A stretch of DNA of 45,668 nucleotides. It comes from a virus (Duplodnaviria; Caudoviricetes). The notes under the pieces were generated by a model. The model saw only the letters and a program-made list of their open reading frames with translations, was not told the DNA's origin and did no database searches. The stretch lies in the IMG/VR virus record IMGVR_UViG_3300011336_000451, positions 1-45,668 of that record; one strand, 5' to 3'. Made by a program: the position numbers and the translations under genes. Position 1 is the stretch's first letter. Each line of letters begins with the position of its first letter. Shown piece after piece: positions 10,519 to 18,205 of the stretch.

Positions 10519-10532
10519 AGAGAATAAATTTT

Positions 10533-10730
10533 ATGAATAGACAATATAGAAGAAAATTAGAAAAAGAAAGAAAGAAGGAATATGCTCTTTTCCTAAAGAA
10601 GAATAAAGCTTTCTTAGATAGTATTAAGGGAGAAGAGGGTACTCAACAAGCAATGCAAAGAATTAAAGAACTACTAGATAATTATGGCAAAGAACAAAGT
10701 AACGGAGAATACCTTCAAGAGCAAACCTAA
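10533..10730 (+). CDS. hypothetical basic protein
   Basis: 65 aa, MNRQYRRK start common in phage small proteins. Confidence 0.6.
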   Translation: MNRQYRRKLEKERKKEYALFLKKNKAFLDSIKGEEGTQQAMQRIKELLDNYGKEQSNGEYLQEQT

Positions 10731-10818
10731 GACTTCTCTTGGTAGACATGCTAAGAAGGATAGTTTAAATAAGGGAAGCAAGAAGTATAAGAAACCTTAT
10801 GCAGGACAAGGAAGATAA
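10684..10818 (+). CDS. small basic protein ending YAGQGR (not in ORF track)
   Basis: 44 aa MAKNKVTENTFKSKPKTSLGRHAKKDSLNKGSKKYKKPYAGQGR; YxGQG terminus seen in small phage basic proteins. Confidence 0.6.
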   Translation: MAKNKVTENTFKSKPKTSLGRHAKKDSLNKGSKKYKKPYAGQGR

Positions 10819-10825
10819 AAAAAAT

Positions 10826-11026
10826 ATGAGTAATACAGTATTAAAAAAATTAATATCTCAGTATGTTGAGCTATTAAGTAAGTTGCCTGAAGAGAGGGCT
10901 ATGGTTAATGTAGTTGTAACCTCAGGTCTTGTTAATATTAAGGGGGAATTAATAAAAGATAATAATATAAAAAATTTATCTTATCTTCTTATTGATAATG
11001 AGGGAGATACATTAGAAGTAGATTAA
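10826..11026 (+). CDS. hypothetical protein
   Basis: ORF-track 10799..11026; likely start at ATG 10826 after A-rich leader. Confidence 0.5.
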   Translation: MSNTVLKKLISQYVELLSKLPEERAMVNVVVTSGLVNIKGELIKDNNIKNLSYLLIDNEGDTLEVD

Positions 11027-11171
11027 AAAGAAGTTATAATGTCAGAAATTTTTCGTATAATTACTTAAAGTAATTACATACATCTTTAAGGATGTATTGG
11101 GTATATTATAGGTAAGATAACTTACCTCAATTAATTAGAATTTAAGAGGCATTGTATAGCATATGCAATCA

Positions 11172-11205
11172 GGGGTAGTAGCTAAGTTACTACCTTTATT
11201 TTTTT
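11172..11205 (+). terminator. intrinsic terminator
   Basis: GGTAGTAGC-TAA-GTTACTACC hairpin followed by T-tract. Confidence 0.65.
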
Positions 11206-11212
11206 AATACTT

Positions 11213-11539
11213 ATGAGAAAAAAAATAATAGATATAATAACTGAGAATAATTTTAAAGAAGTATCCTCAATTACTAAAACTGGATGGTCAATAATGTTTG
11301 ATCCTAATTCTCCTTTTGGTAAAGGAGAAATAGTTTATAATGCTGATTACAAGATATTTACTTATTTAGATGATGAGTTTTTATTTGAGACTGGTATTAC
11401 TCTTAAAGCTTATTATCATAAGAAGTATGAGGATGTAGATAATGAGTTTAGTATATACAAAGCTAATAGGCTTGTATTTGAGGGGAAGATAGATACTGAG
11501 GAGGAGTTTAAGACTCTTCTTAAGATGCTTAGTTTGTAA
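11213..11539 (+). CDS. hypothetical protein
   Basis: 108 aa; C-terminal FEGKIDTEEEFKTLLKML motif typical of Bacteroidota phage small proteins. Confidence 0.65.
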   Translation: MRKKIIDIITENNFKEVSSITKTGWSIMFDPNSPFGKGEIVYNADYKIFTYLDDEFLFETGITLKAYYHKKYEDVDNEFSIYKANRLVFEGKIDTEEEFKTLLKMLSL

Positions 11540-11825
11540 AGTACATTTTACAAATTTTAATTTTTTTATTTCTTATAAAATTTTTTATATATTTGCATTG
11601 TACAAATAAGACCCCCTAGCAATAGGAAATTTTTATTTCGTATTTTCAATTTTTGTTTTTTTTTATCATAGATACCTTTTGAGTCTTACCCAAGAGGTAT
11701 TTTTTTTATAATTTTTTATAATTTTTTTAAAATGTAAGTTGGGTTGATAGCCCCAACAAAAGTCCCCCATTCTCATAATGATGCTGGGATGGGGTGTTCC
11801 CTTTGAATTAACCAGCTTGTTTACA

Positions 11826-12089
11826 ATGAACTTCCGCATCATAAAATTTACTGATTTTGAACATGAAGGTAAGAAAGGTACAGCATACACTGTAGCTCAT
11901 GCAGGGCGTGTTCTACAGGTTAGTACTCTCTACTTTGAGGAGGAGGGAGCGTTGACTGCCACTGATGGTAAACTTACCATCAAGGGTGATATAGAGGTTA
12001 TCAAGAAACCTTATGTCAACAAGATGGGAGAGACAGTACAGGGTTTGAGCATCATGCCTAAGTTTGGCATTGCTCTGTCTGATGTATAG
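11826..12089 (+). CDS. hypothetical beta-rich protein
   Basis: ORF-track 11778..12089; likely start at MNFRIIK (11826); followed by terminator. Confidence 0.6.
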   Translation: MNFRIIKFTDFEHEGKKGTAYTVAHAGRVLQVSTLYFEEEGALTATDGKLTIKGDIEVIKKPYVNKMGETVQGLSIMPKFGIALSDV

Positions 12090-12109
12090 GCTGGCTTCGC
12101 CAGTAGGAT

Positions 12110-12156
12110 AGGGTTGGGTTAGGGAGTATATCTCCTTAACTTAACCTTTTCTTTTC
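12110..12156 (+). terminator. intrinsic terminator
   Basis: AGGTTGGGTTAGGGAG-TATAT-CTCCTTAACTTAACCT followed by TTTCTTTT. Confidence 0.65.
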
Positions 12157-12270
12157 ATAAGTGGTTGATAATCACTATAATCTCTTATCACTCATCATAC
12201 AAGTATCAGCTATTCCTTGTGTGTTGTTTCAAGTTTTATTATAGCCAAATCTTTTTATTCACAGTTAATC

Positions 12271-12444
12271 ATGCAACCAGCTACAGAAAAATTACTTGAA
12301 TTGTTCAAGTTAATAAAAAACAATTATGGAGGTATTCTTACTAAAGAAGATATGTCTTCTATTTACTTTATTATAGGTAATAGAATAGATGAAATTCTCG
12401 AAGAAGAAAAAGAATATGCTAAAGAGTTAGAATCTAAGGGGTGA
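12271..12444 (+). CDS. hypothetical protein
   Basis: ORF-track 12217..12444; likely start at ATG 12271. Confidence 0.55.
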   Translation: MQPATEKLLELFKLIKNNYGGILTKEDMSSIYFIIGNRIDEILEEEKEYAKELESKG

Positions 12445-12452
12445 AATTCCCC

Positions 12453-12510
12453 TTTCTGTCTGCAAGTAATCTCTTGCACTGATGATGGCTAATTGATGCC
12501 GAAACAGAAA
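12453..12510 (+). ncRNA. hammerhead ribozyme, type III
   Basis: stem III TTTCTGT/ACAGAAA, GTC cleavage triplet (cut after 12460), stem I TGCAAG/CTTGCA, core CTGATGA, extra T, stem II GGC/GCC, GAAA. Confidence 0.88.
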
Positions 12511-12624
12511 ACCTTTTTTTATGTTCTCCTTCTATTGTGCTGGGGCAGTAATCCTTGGCCACAACTAGTGCAACTAAACAATGAAAGTTGCACACAAGTC
12601 CTGATATGACATTAAACTATTAAA

Positions 12625-12693
12625 GCCGAAACTAGGTGTGTAACAGCACCTAGTCTACAAGAATTAATCTACTTGTACTGATGATGGCAGATT
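12625..12693 (+). ncRNA. hammerhead ribozyme, type II
   Basis: GCC-GAAA-CTAGGTG/CACCTAG-TC (cut after 12655)-TACAAG/CTTGTA-CTGATGA-T-GGC; 3' tail AGATT complementary to loop I AATCT. Confidence 0.88.
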
Positions 12694-12719
12694 CCATAAA
12701 AACACAAACCAATAAAAAA

Positions 12720-13187
12720 GTGAAAATTATTCAAGAATTACTGAAAATGAAATTTCCTACTGTTGACATCAACAGCTTAATGGAAATCATCTCTGCAACT
12801 CCTAATCCTGAGATTGCAACAGAGATAATGTGTGGCATATATGTTGAACCTAATATTGGTTCACATACTAGAGTTCAACATAAGAATAGAGGTGTTTGCA
12901 CCTTTATTTCCTATGATAAATGGACAAACACTCTAGTGTATTCTTATCAAGAAGAAAGTACTAAAGGAGCCTATTTTCCTAAAGGTACTGAAAAAAAAGA
13001 TATTAACATGGACAACTTTGAGTCTATGAAAGTATCTTCTGGTACTGATACTGTATGGTATCATATTCCAACAGGAGAATATAAAACTCAACAGAGTTCT
13101 ACAAGTTTTAAAGATTGGATGGAACTACCATATGTTCCAACAGAAGCTGAAGTAAGAATGTTAGAGTCTCAAAACATTTATGCATAA
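12720..13187 (+). CDS. hypothetical protein
   Basis: ORF-track ATG 12681 lies in the hammerhead core; GTG 12720 after an A-rich leader is the more likely start. Confidence 0.65.
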   Translation: MKIIQELLKMKFPTVDINSLMEIISATPNPEIATEIMCGIYVEPNIGSHTRVQHKNRGVCTFISYDKWTNTLVYSYQEESTKGAYFPKGTEKKDINMDNFESMKVSSGTDTVWYHIPTGEYKTQQSSTSFKDWMELPYVPTEAEVRMLESQNIYA

Positions 13188-13344
13188 CTTAATTTTATCT
13201 AAAGACCAGTGGAAAAGATTTTCTGTTGGTCTTACTTCAAAACACAGAATTTATGCTTTATCTTATTCTATGGGTTTTTATACCTGTAGAGTTAAGTTTG
13301 TAGGATAAGTTACAGGAATACAGGTAGTAATATCTGTATTCCTT

Positions 13345-13433
13345 TTTATTAATGCTACTATATTCATACTTGTTGTATGTCTATAAAGGTCACAAGTCCT
13401 TAAAGCACTATCGTGCAAAAGCAGAGTGGTAAA
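13345..13433 (+). ncRNA. twister ribozyme (type P1, with P3 and P5)
   Basis: TAA-TGCT-AC ... AAGG-TCACAAGT-CCTT ... AGCA-GAGTG; pseudoknots CAC/GTG and AC/GT are compensatory relative to canonical twister; cut 13350/13351. Confidence 0.88.
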
Positions 13434-13446
13434 CCAAAAATTGAAT

Positions 13447-13845
13447 ATGTGGAATAAAGGTTTTGTACAAGCATTAGAAATAGGTAAATTAGTAGAAAAA
13501 CTATTACCTACATCAGTATCAGCATCTAAATTATTTAGTGCTAAAATAATAGACAGTGTCTATAAAGTTGATAAAGAAGAAAAAGAATGGTATTATATTG
13601 AAGCTCTACAAAATTGTAGAGAACAAGGTATTACTATTTGGATTCCTCAAGTTGCTAACAAAAAATCAATAACATTTTATGTTTGTGAACGCAGACGTAC
13701 AAATGAAATAGGTTTTTATTTAGGAGAACACACATTTCATGGAGTATCTAAAGATGCTTATGAAGAAGGATTTAAATCTTTTGATTCAATAGAATCATGT
13801 GCTAAAGGTATTTCAGATTGGATTAAATCTTATATGAATATCTAA
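13447..13845 (+). CDS. hypothetical protein
   Basis: ORF-track GTG 13426 overlaps the twister; ATG 13447 is the likely start. Confidence 0.65.
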   Translation: MWNKGFVQALEIGKLVEKLLPTSVSASKLFSAKIIDSVYKVDKEEKEWYYIEALQNCREQGITIWIPQVANKKSITFYVCERRRTNEIGFYLGEHTFHGVSKDAYEEGFKSFDSIESCAKGISDWIKSYMNI

Positions 13846-13873
13846 CAAAAGGTTGGTAAACCTATAAGCTTCC

Positions 13874-14049
13874 ATTTATTAATGCACCAATCTCACTTCC
13901 CAAGGGTGAGCAGTTGTAATAATCTCACTTACTCATTAGATTGTAGTTTTGAGGAGTTGAATAACTGAGTAGATTAATAATAAAACCCAGATGATACACA
14001 GTGTCTAAAGGTGAATTTATTAGTTACAACTGAGTGCAGAGGGGCAAAT
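13874..14049 (+). ncRNA. twister ribozyme with about 120-nt P5 insertion
   Basis: TAA-TGCA-CC-AAT-CTCAC-TTCCCAAGG-GTGAG-[CAGTTGTAA...TTACAACTG]-AG-TGCA-GAGGG; pseudoknots CCC/GGG and CC/GG; cut 13880/13881. Confidence 0.85.
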
Positions 14050-14418
14050 TAAATATAATGTAACTAGGTGCACACTAGTCTTAACCTGACAAACAAGGTT
14101 AATAGAATGTAAGATAACAGAAGATGAGGTCTTATTACATTATATTTTAATAAACTGGGGTTAGTCAATTACCCAGTATAAAAGACTCAATCACTATCCA
14201 GTAAGCTACTGGCAGTTTGGACAAACTAGGCGAAATGTTATAGGCTGATATACCTGAATGTATATTCACCAGTATTTATACTGGTGTTTAAGTAGACAAT
14301 AAAAAAGAACCTTTAGAGCTATAAGTATGCTCACGGTGTCTACATAATGCAAGTTAAACTCTTGCTACTAATCTTTATGTTTCACAAACAAATTAAAACC
14401 AATTAAAAAAACAAAAAC

Positions 14419-15138
14419 ATGAAAGTAGCTATCGTAAACAAAAATCCTCAATTCTATCCAGAAACAAAAAGTAAGGAAGAGTACCTAAAAGTAAGATTGA
14501 AAGATTATAACTTTCAAGAAGAAATAGAATTTTATTCTACAATAGATGAAGTTGAAATCTTTATGAAAGAGAAAGATATTGCATCTTATGATGTAGTATT
14601 TATTTCTACAAGTGTGACTCATCCTAGACAATATGAGCCAGCAATTTATGATTTCTCTGAACATAAACATGTATTCTTATTTACTGGAGGAGATCTTTCT
14701 TTCTTTAAAGCTCATTTTGATACTAAAAGTTTCTATTATAATGTAGAAAAGTTTCTTTTATGGTCCAAAAAATATGGAACATTTGAGAAAAATATCATAA
14801 GATATGGTCTTGTCAAAGAGTTAAAAGAAAGAAAGGAAGAAATGGAAAGAACCATTCTATCTAGATTGAAGGAACAAAAAACTCTTACAATGCTTGATAT
14901 AATAAAGGGCATTAAGTTGCAACCTCTTCCTAACTGGACAGAACTTGTCAATCATGATGAGATTCAATTTCTTATAGATGAGACAGATTTTTCTGAGGTG
15001 AAAAAAGAAAGAGCTATCTTAGATATGAATGAAGCTATTTCTGAAAACAACTTTGAGTTGTTTGAGAAAAGATATTTATACTTGATTGAAGAAATGTTTG
15101 GTCATTACAAAAACACTCTTTTTAAAAAAGATATATGA
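14419..15138 (+). CDS. hypothetical protein
   Basis: 239-aa ORF with strong A-rich leader. Confidence 0.7.
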   Translation: MKVAIVNKNPQFYPETKSKEEYLKVRLKDYNFQEEIEFYSTIDEVEIFMKEKDIASYDVVFISTSVTHPRQYEPAIYDFSEHKHVFLFTGGDLSFFKAHFDTKSFYYNVEKFLLWSKKYGTFEKNIIRYGLVKELKERKEEMERTILSRLKEQKTLTMLDIIKGIKLQPLPNWTELVNHDEIQFLIDETDFSEVKKERAILDMNEAISENNFELFEKRYLYLIEEMFGHYKNTLFKKDI

Positions 15139-15344
15139 GTAATGCAAAACAAGCTACCATCAGGAGGTTTACTAACCTCCTTGATGGTTCTATCATCCCA
15201 AGTGCTTGTGTATCTCAAATTATTGAGTATTATGAAGCACAATTAAGAAATGCTCCTATTGCAGTTAAAACTAATTGCAGTATTACTAATAAGTTCAAAG
15301 AAGCAGAAATTGCTGAGTATGAATATGAAGAAGATTGCGATTAA
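15135..15344 (+). CDS. hypothetical protein
   Basis: 69 aa, ATGA overlap with the previous gene. Confidence 0.55.
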   Translation: MSNAKQATIRRFTNLLDGSIIPSACVSQIIEYYEAQLRNAPIAVKTNCSITNKFKEAEIAEYEYEEDCD

Positions 15345-15480
15345 ATTGTTATTACTAGTATTTATTACTAGTTGTACAACTACAGGATATATACCACAGA
15401 AAAATCCTAATAAAAAGTCCTCATCAAGAGGTCACAAATGTGGTAAGACAATGGGATCTTATATTAATTCCATTAAATAA
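15325..15480 (+). CDS. small putative lipoprotein
   Basis: MKKIAIKLLLLVFITSC lipobox-type signal followed by a basic tail. Confidence 0.55.
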   Translation: MKKIAIKLLLLVFITSCTTTGYIPQKNPNKKSSSRGHKCGKTMGSYINSIK

Positions 15481-15696
15481 ATTTAGTTTATACCAATAAT
15501 AACTTCTTTCTAATTACTCAGGTTAGAACTATCCTAATTCAGTAATATTGTAGGCTGCTAAGATAGAAGAAGTACTGAGTAAATATAACAATTAAGAAGA
15601 AATTAGTGTGATGATAGACTTTAAGAACATAGTTTAAACTGTTCTTATAAGATAGCACACTTAATTGTTTATTTTAAACTTTTAAACAACAAACAT

Positions 15697-15762
15697 ATGG
15701 TAACATTTGTAATAATAACAGGATTCTTAGGGTTGTGTGCATTAGCACAACTAAAAGATTAA
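15697..15762 (+). CDS. 21-aa hydrophobic peptide
   Basis: MVTFVIITGFLGLCALAQLKD after leader TTTAAACAACAAACAT. Confidence 0.4.
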   Translation: MVTFVIITGFLGLCALAQLKD

Positions 15763-16190
15763 GATATAAAAATCACTTGCTTGAAGATAAACAAATAATC
15801 AGTAGCACTGAATTAACAGTGTGTTATATGTGAACATATAGTAATAATTATAAATAAAAACTATATAAAAGGACATTAACGAATTAACATTCCAGTTATT
15901 AAACTGTACTAGCAGTTGTGTTTATTGTAAAGATGCAAAGTACAGCATGTTGAGCATTCTACTAGATATAGACAAGTGATTTTTTAAGGATAGTGGACTG
16001 AACATCGAAAGCCACTTTAAAAATTGGATATTTATGGTAACATAAATTGTGTTGTTCCCTTGAGAAAGGAATGTAAGGTCAAAGTGATAAATTAAGTTAA
16101 CTAGATTTGCTTATCACAACACAAATGAGTTCTCAATATTTACCCCATAGAAATATGGGGTGGAATATTTAATTTTAAAAACAATTCAAT

Positions 16191-16256
16191 ATGGAAAATT
16201 GGAAAGACATCCCTGATTATGAAGGGTTATATCAAACAAGATTTACCAAGATATAA
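16191..16256 (+). pseudogene. NUMOD4 homing-endonuclease remnant
   Basis: MENWKDIPDYEGLYQ matches the NUMOD4 start (E.WKDIPGYEGLYQ), then stops after 21 codons. Confidence 0.75.
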
Positions 16257-16458
16257 GTTGAAATCTACCAACTTTAATTAGAAGATTATAGTAATATAAT
16301 CCATAGATGGGAATGTATGAGATATGTCCCTATATACTATGAGAAGTTCTCAGCAAGTAGTAAAGCGGATAACATGGTATAGCAGCACGCTCCATTGCTA
16401 CGTGACCCTACTCTTATAACTAAGATAAGAGGGTGCTAATAATTTACAATTAAATCAA

Positions 16459-16611
16459 ATGAAAGAAAAACAAACTGCACAAGAATGGTGGAAAGGTCTA
16501 GGATCTTACACCAAACAATTATATCAGCGTAGACACTATCCAGCTACAAACTGGTTATATCTTACTGATGAAATGATTCAAACAATTTATCAAAAAGAGA
16601 AAGTAAAATGA
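16459..16611 (+). CDS. hypothetical protein (not in ORF track)
   Basis: 50 aa MKEKQTAQEWWKGL..., ATGA overlap with the next gene. Confidence 0.55.
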   Translation: MKEKQTAQEWWKGLGSYTKQLYQRRHYPATNWLYLTDEMIQTIYQKEKVK

Positions 16612-16850
16612 CAACAATTTTTATTGTCATATGGCTACTAATGGGAGTATTAGGAGTTATGGGAGCTTATTATGGTTATATTAAACACTGGTATCTTCAA
16701 TATAATGAAGATATAAGATTAACTACAACTAATGAGACTTTAAAACAAATTTTAAATCCTATTTTTGTATTATCAGGACCTGTTGTGTTAGTAATAGCAT
16801 ATTTAAAAGTTCCTAACTTTACACTTTATTTTAAAATACCAAAGAAATGA
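16608..16850 (+). CDS. membrane protein
   Basis: two hydrophobic segments. Confidence 0.6.
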   Translation: MTTIFIVIWLLMGVLGVMGAYYGYIKHWYLQYNEDIRLTTTNETLKQILNPIFVLSGPVVLVIAYLKVPNFTLYFKIPKK

Positions 16851-17197
16851 AAATAAGAACCTTTGGAATAGAAACCATTATAATTAATGGTAATCCTGTT
16901 TGTGCTATTAATATAACTATTAATAGCAGTCCAATTATTTTAGAACAAGTCATTAATGATGAGTTCTGGAAGATGAAACATACTATTAGTATGAAAAATA
17001 GTGTTAGCAAAATCAACTTTAATTACTTTACAAGTAATTTAGATGAAGCTGCTATTGCTATATCTTCTTTAAACAAACTTCTATTTGCACACAAAGTGCA
17101 AAAACTTGTAAACGAAGCTCATTTTGTACAAAACAAAGAAACTATTATTTACAACACACTTGCAAGTATTATTGACATTAATGGTGGTAGATTATGA
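16847..17197 (+). CDS. hypothetical protein
   Basis: 116 aa, ATGA-coupled. Confidence 0.6.
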   Translation: MKIRTFGIETIIINGNPVCAINITINSSPIILEQVINDEFWKMKHTISMKNSVSKINFNYFTSNLDEAAIAISSLNKLLFAHKVQKLVNEAHFVQNKETIIYNTLASIIDINGGRL

Positions 17198-17340
17198 AAA
17201 AAAAACAAATTAAAAACACAAAACAAGTATCCTTTGAGTTAGTAAAGGATATTTTGAAGTACTCTCCTGAATGGGATAGTATGTCTTTGAAAGTAATCAT
17301 TGGAAAGCAAGATGAGAATACTTATCTGACTATCAAATGA
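17194..17340 (+). CDS. hypothetical protein (not in ORF track)
   Basis: 48 aa, ATGA overlaps at both ends. Confidence 0.5.
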   Translation: MKKKQIKNTKQVSFELVKDILKYSPEWDSMSLKVIIGKQDENTYLTIK

Positions 17341-17579
17341 TGAAAGTTATTTGTATAGATGCTAGTTGTAGGCCAGAGGAAGTACCAACTTCCTCTTGGC
17401 TTGTTGAAGGACAGGAATATACTGTCCTTAGAGTAGGTGTTAATAAATTAACACATGAGGAGTATTTTATACTCCAAGAAATAGATGTAACTCCACCTTA
17501 TGGTGGATATAAAGTTAACAGGTTTAGAATTCCTCATCCTGATGCAATAGATGCACAACTTGAGGTACAAGCTCTTTAA
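17337..17579 (+). CDS. hypothetical protein (SH3-like phage family)
   Basis: KVICID...LVEGQEYTV...RF pattern. Confidence 0.6.
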   Translation: MMKVICIDASCRPEEVPTSSWLVEGQEYTVLRVGVNKLTHEEYFILQEIDVTPPYGGYKVNRFRIPHPDAIDAQLEVQAL

Positions 17580-17648
17580 AATTCAATATTTAAAACAACT
17601 TCAATATTTATTAAAATGTTAAAAAACAAGTAAAAAACAATTAAAATC

Positions 17649-18155
17649 ATGTCAAAATTTCTTATCAAAACAGCAGAATCACCAGTAAAAACAGACAAAA
17701 ATACTCGTAAGTATAAAACTGTTACATTTACAGAAGCAGGATTTATGGAGACTCCTTGGGGTCTTGTACAAAAACCAACTGCTCAGTGTATTAGTACTGC
17801 TGTTAATTGTTATGAGAATAACTATTTGGAAAGAATGGATTTAGGTTGGGCAGATCCAATCTTTAATCCAAAGAATCCAGCTGCTGGTGGTATCTTTGAA
17901 GGTTCTATTGAGCAAAGAAATGTTAAAGAATATAACATTACTTCTGCAGATGGTACAGTTAGAACTGTAGATACTTACAAAACTGTAGTATTTGGTAATA
18001 CAGATTCTCCTTCTTATGAGAGTACTGTTAAATCTGCCTTTAAAAGCAGAGGTCAAGAGATTGTAGAATCTTCTATAGGAGAACTTGCAAAGATTAATCT
18101 TGAAAGTTTAAAACAACCTGTAGTAGATGCAGATCCAGTTGCAATAGGTAACTAA
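17649..18155 (+). CDS. hypothetical protein
   Basis: 168 aa, strong leader, followed by terminator. Confidence 0.7.
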   Translation: MSKFLIKTAESPVKTDKNTRKYKTVTFTEAGFMETPWGLVQKPTAQCISTAVNCYENNYLERMDLGWADPIFNPKNPAAGGIFEGSIEQRNVKEYNITSADGTVRTVDTYKTVVFGNTDSPSYESTVKSAFKSRGQEIVESSIGELAKINLESLKQPVVDADPVAIGN

Positions 18156-18163
18156 TTTACATT

Positions 18164-18195
18164 ATAGGGGGAGAGAAATCTCCTCCTATTTAATT
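18164..18195 (+). terminator. intrinsic terminator
   Basis: ATAGGGGGAGA-GAAA-TCTCCTCCTAT followed by a T-rich tail. Confidence 0.65.
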
Positions 18196-18205
18196 TATCT
18201 TATTT

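Noticed and set aside
11666-11890. Minus-strand 74-aa ORF
   Set aside because: Overlaps a plus-strand gene and low-complexity non-coding DNA.
14155-14188. preQ1-I riboswitch resemblance of the CTGGG/CCCAG pseudoknot
   Set aside because: Ligand-binding loop residues do not clearly match, and there is no queuosine gene or expression platform downstream.
15502-15582. HDV-like ribozyme
   Set aside because: Two crossing helices are present but there is no room for P1.1, P4 or the catalytic C between P1' and P2'.
11040-16450. CRISPR array or mini-array in the non-coding stretches
   Set aside because: No regularly spaced direct repeats; the structure consists of inverted repeats and pseudoknots.
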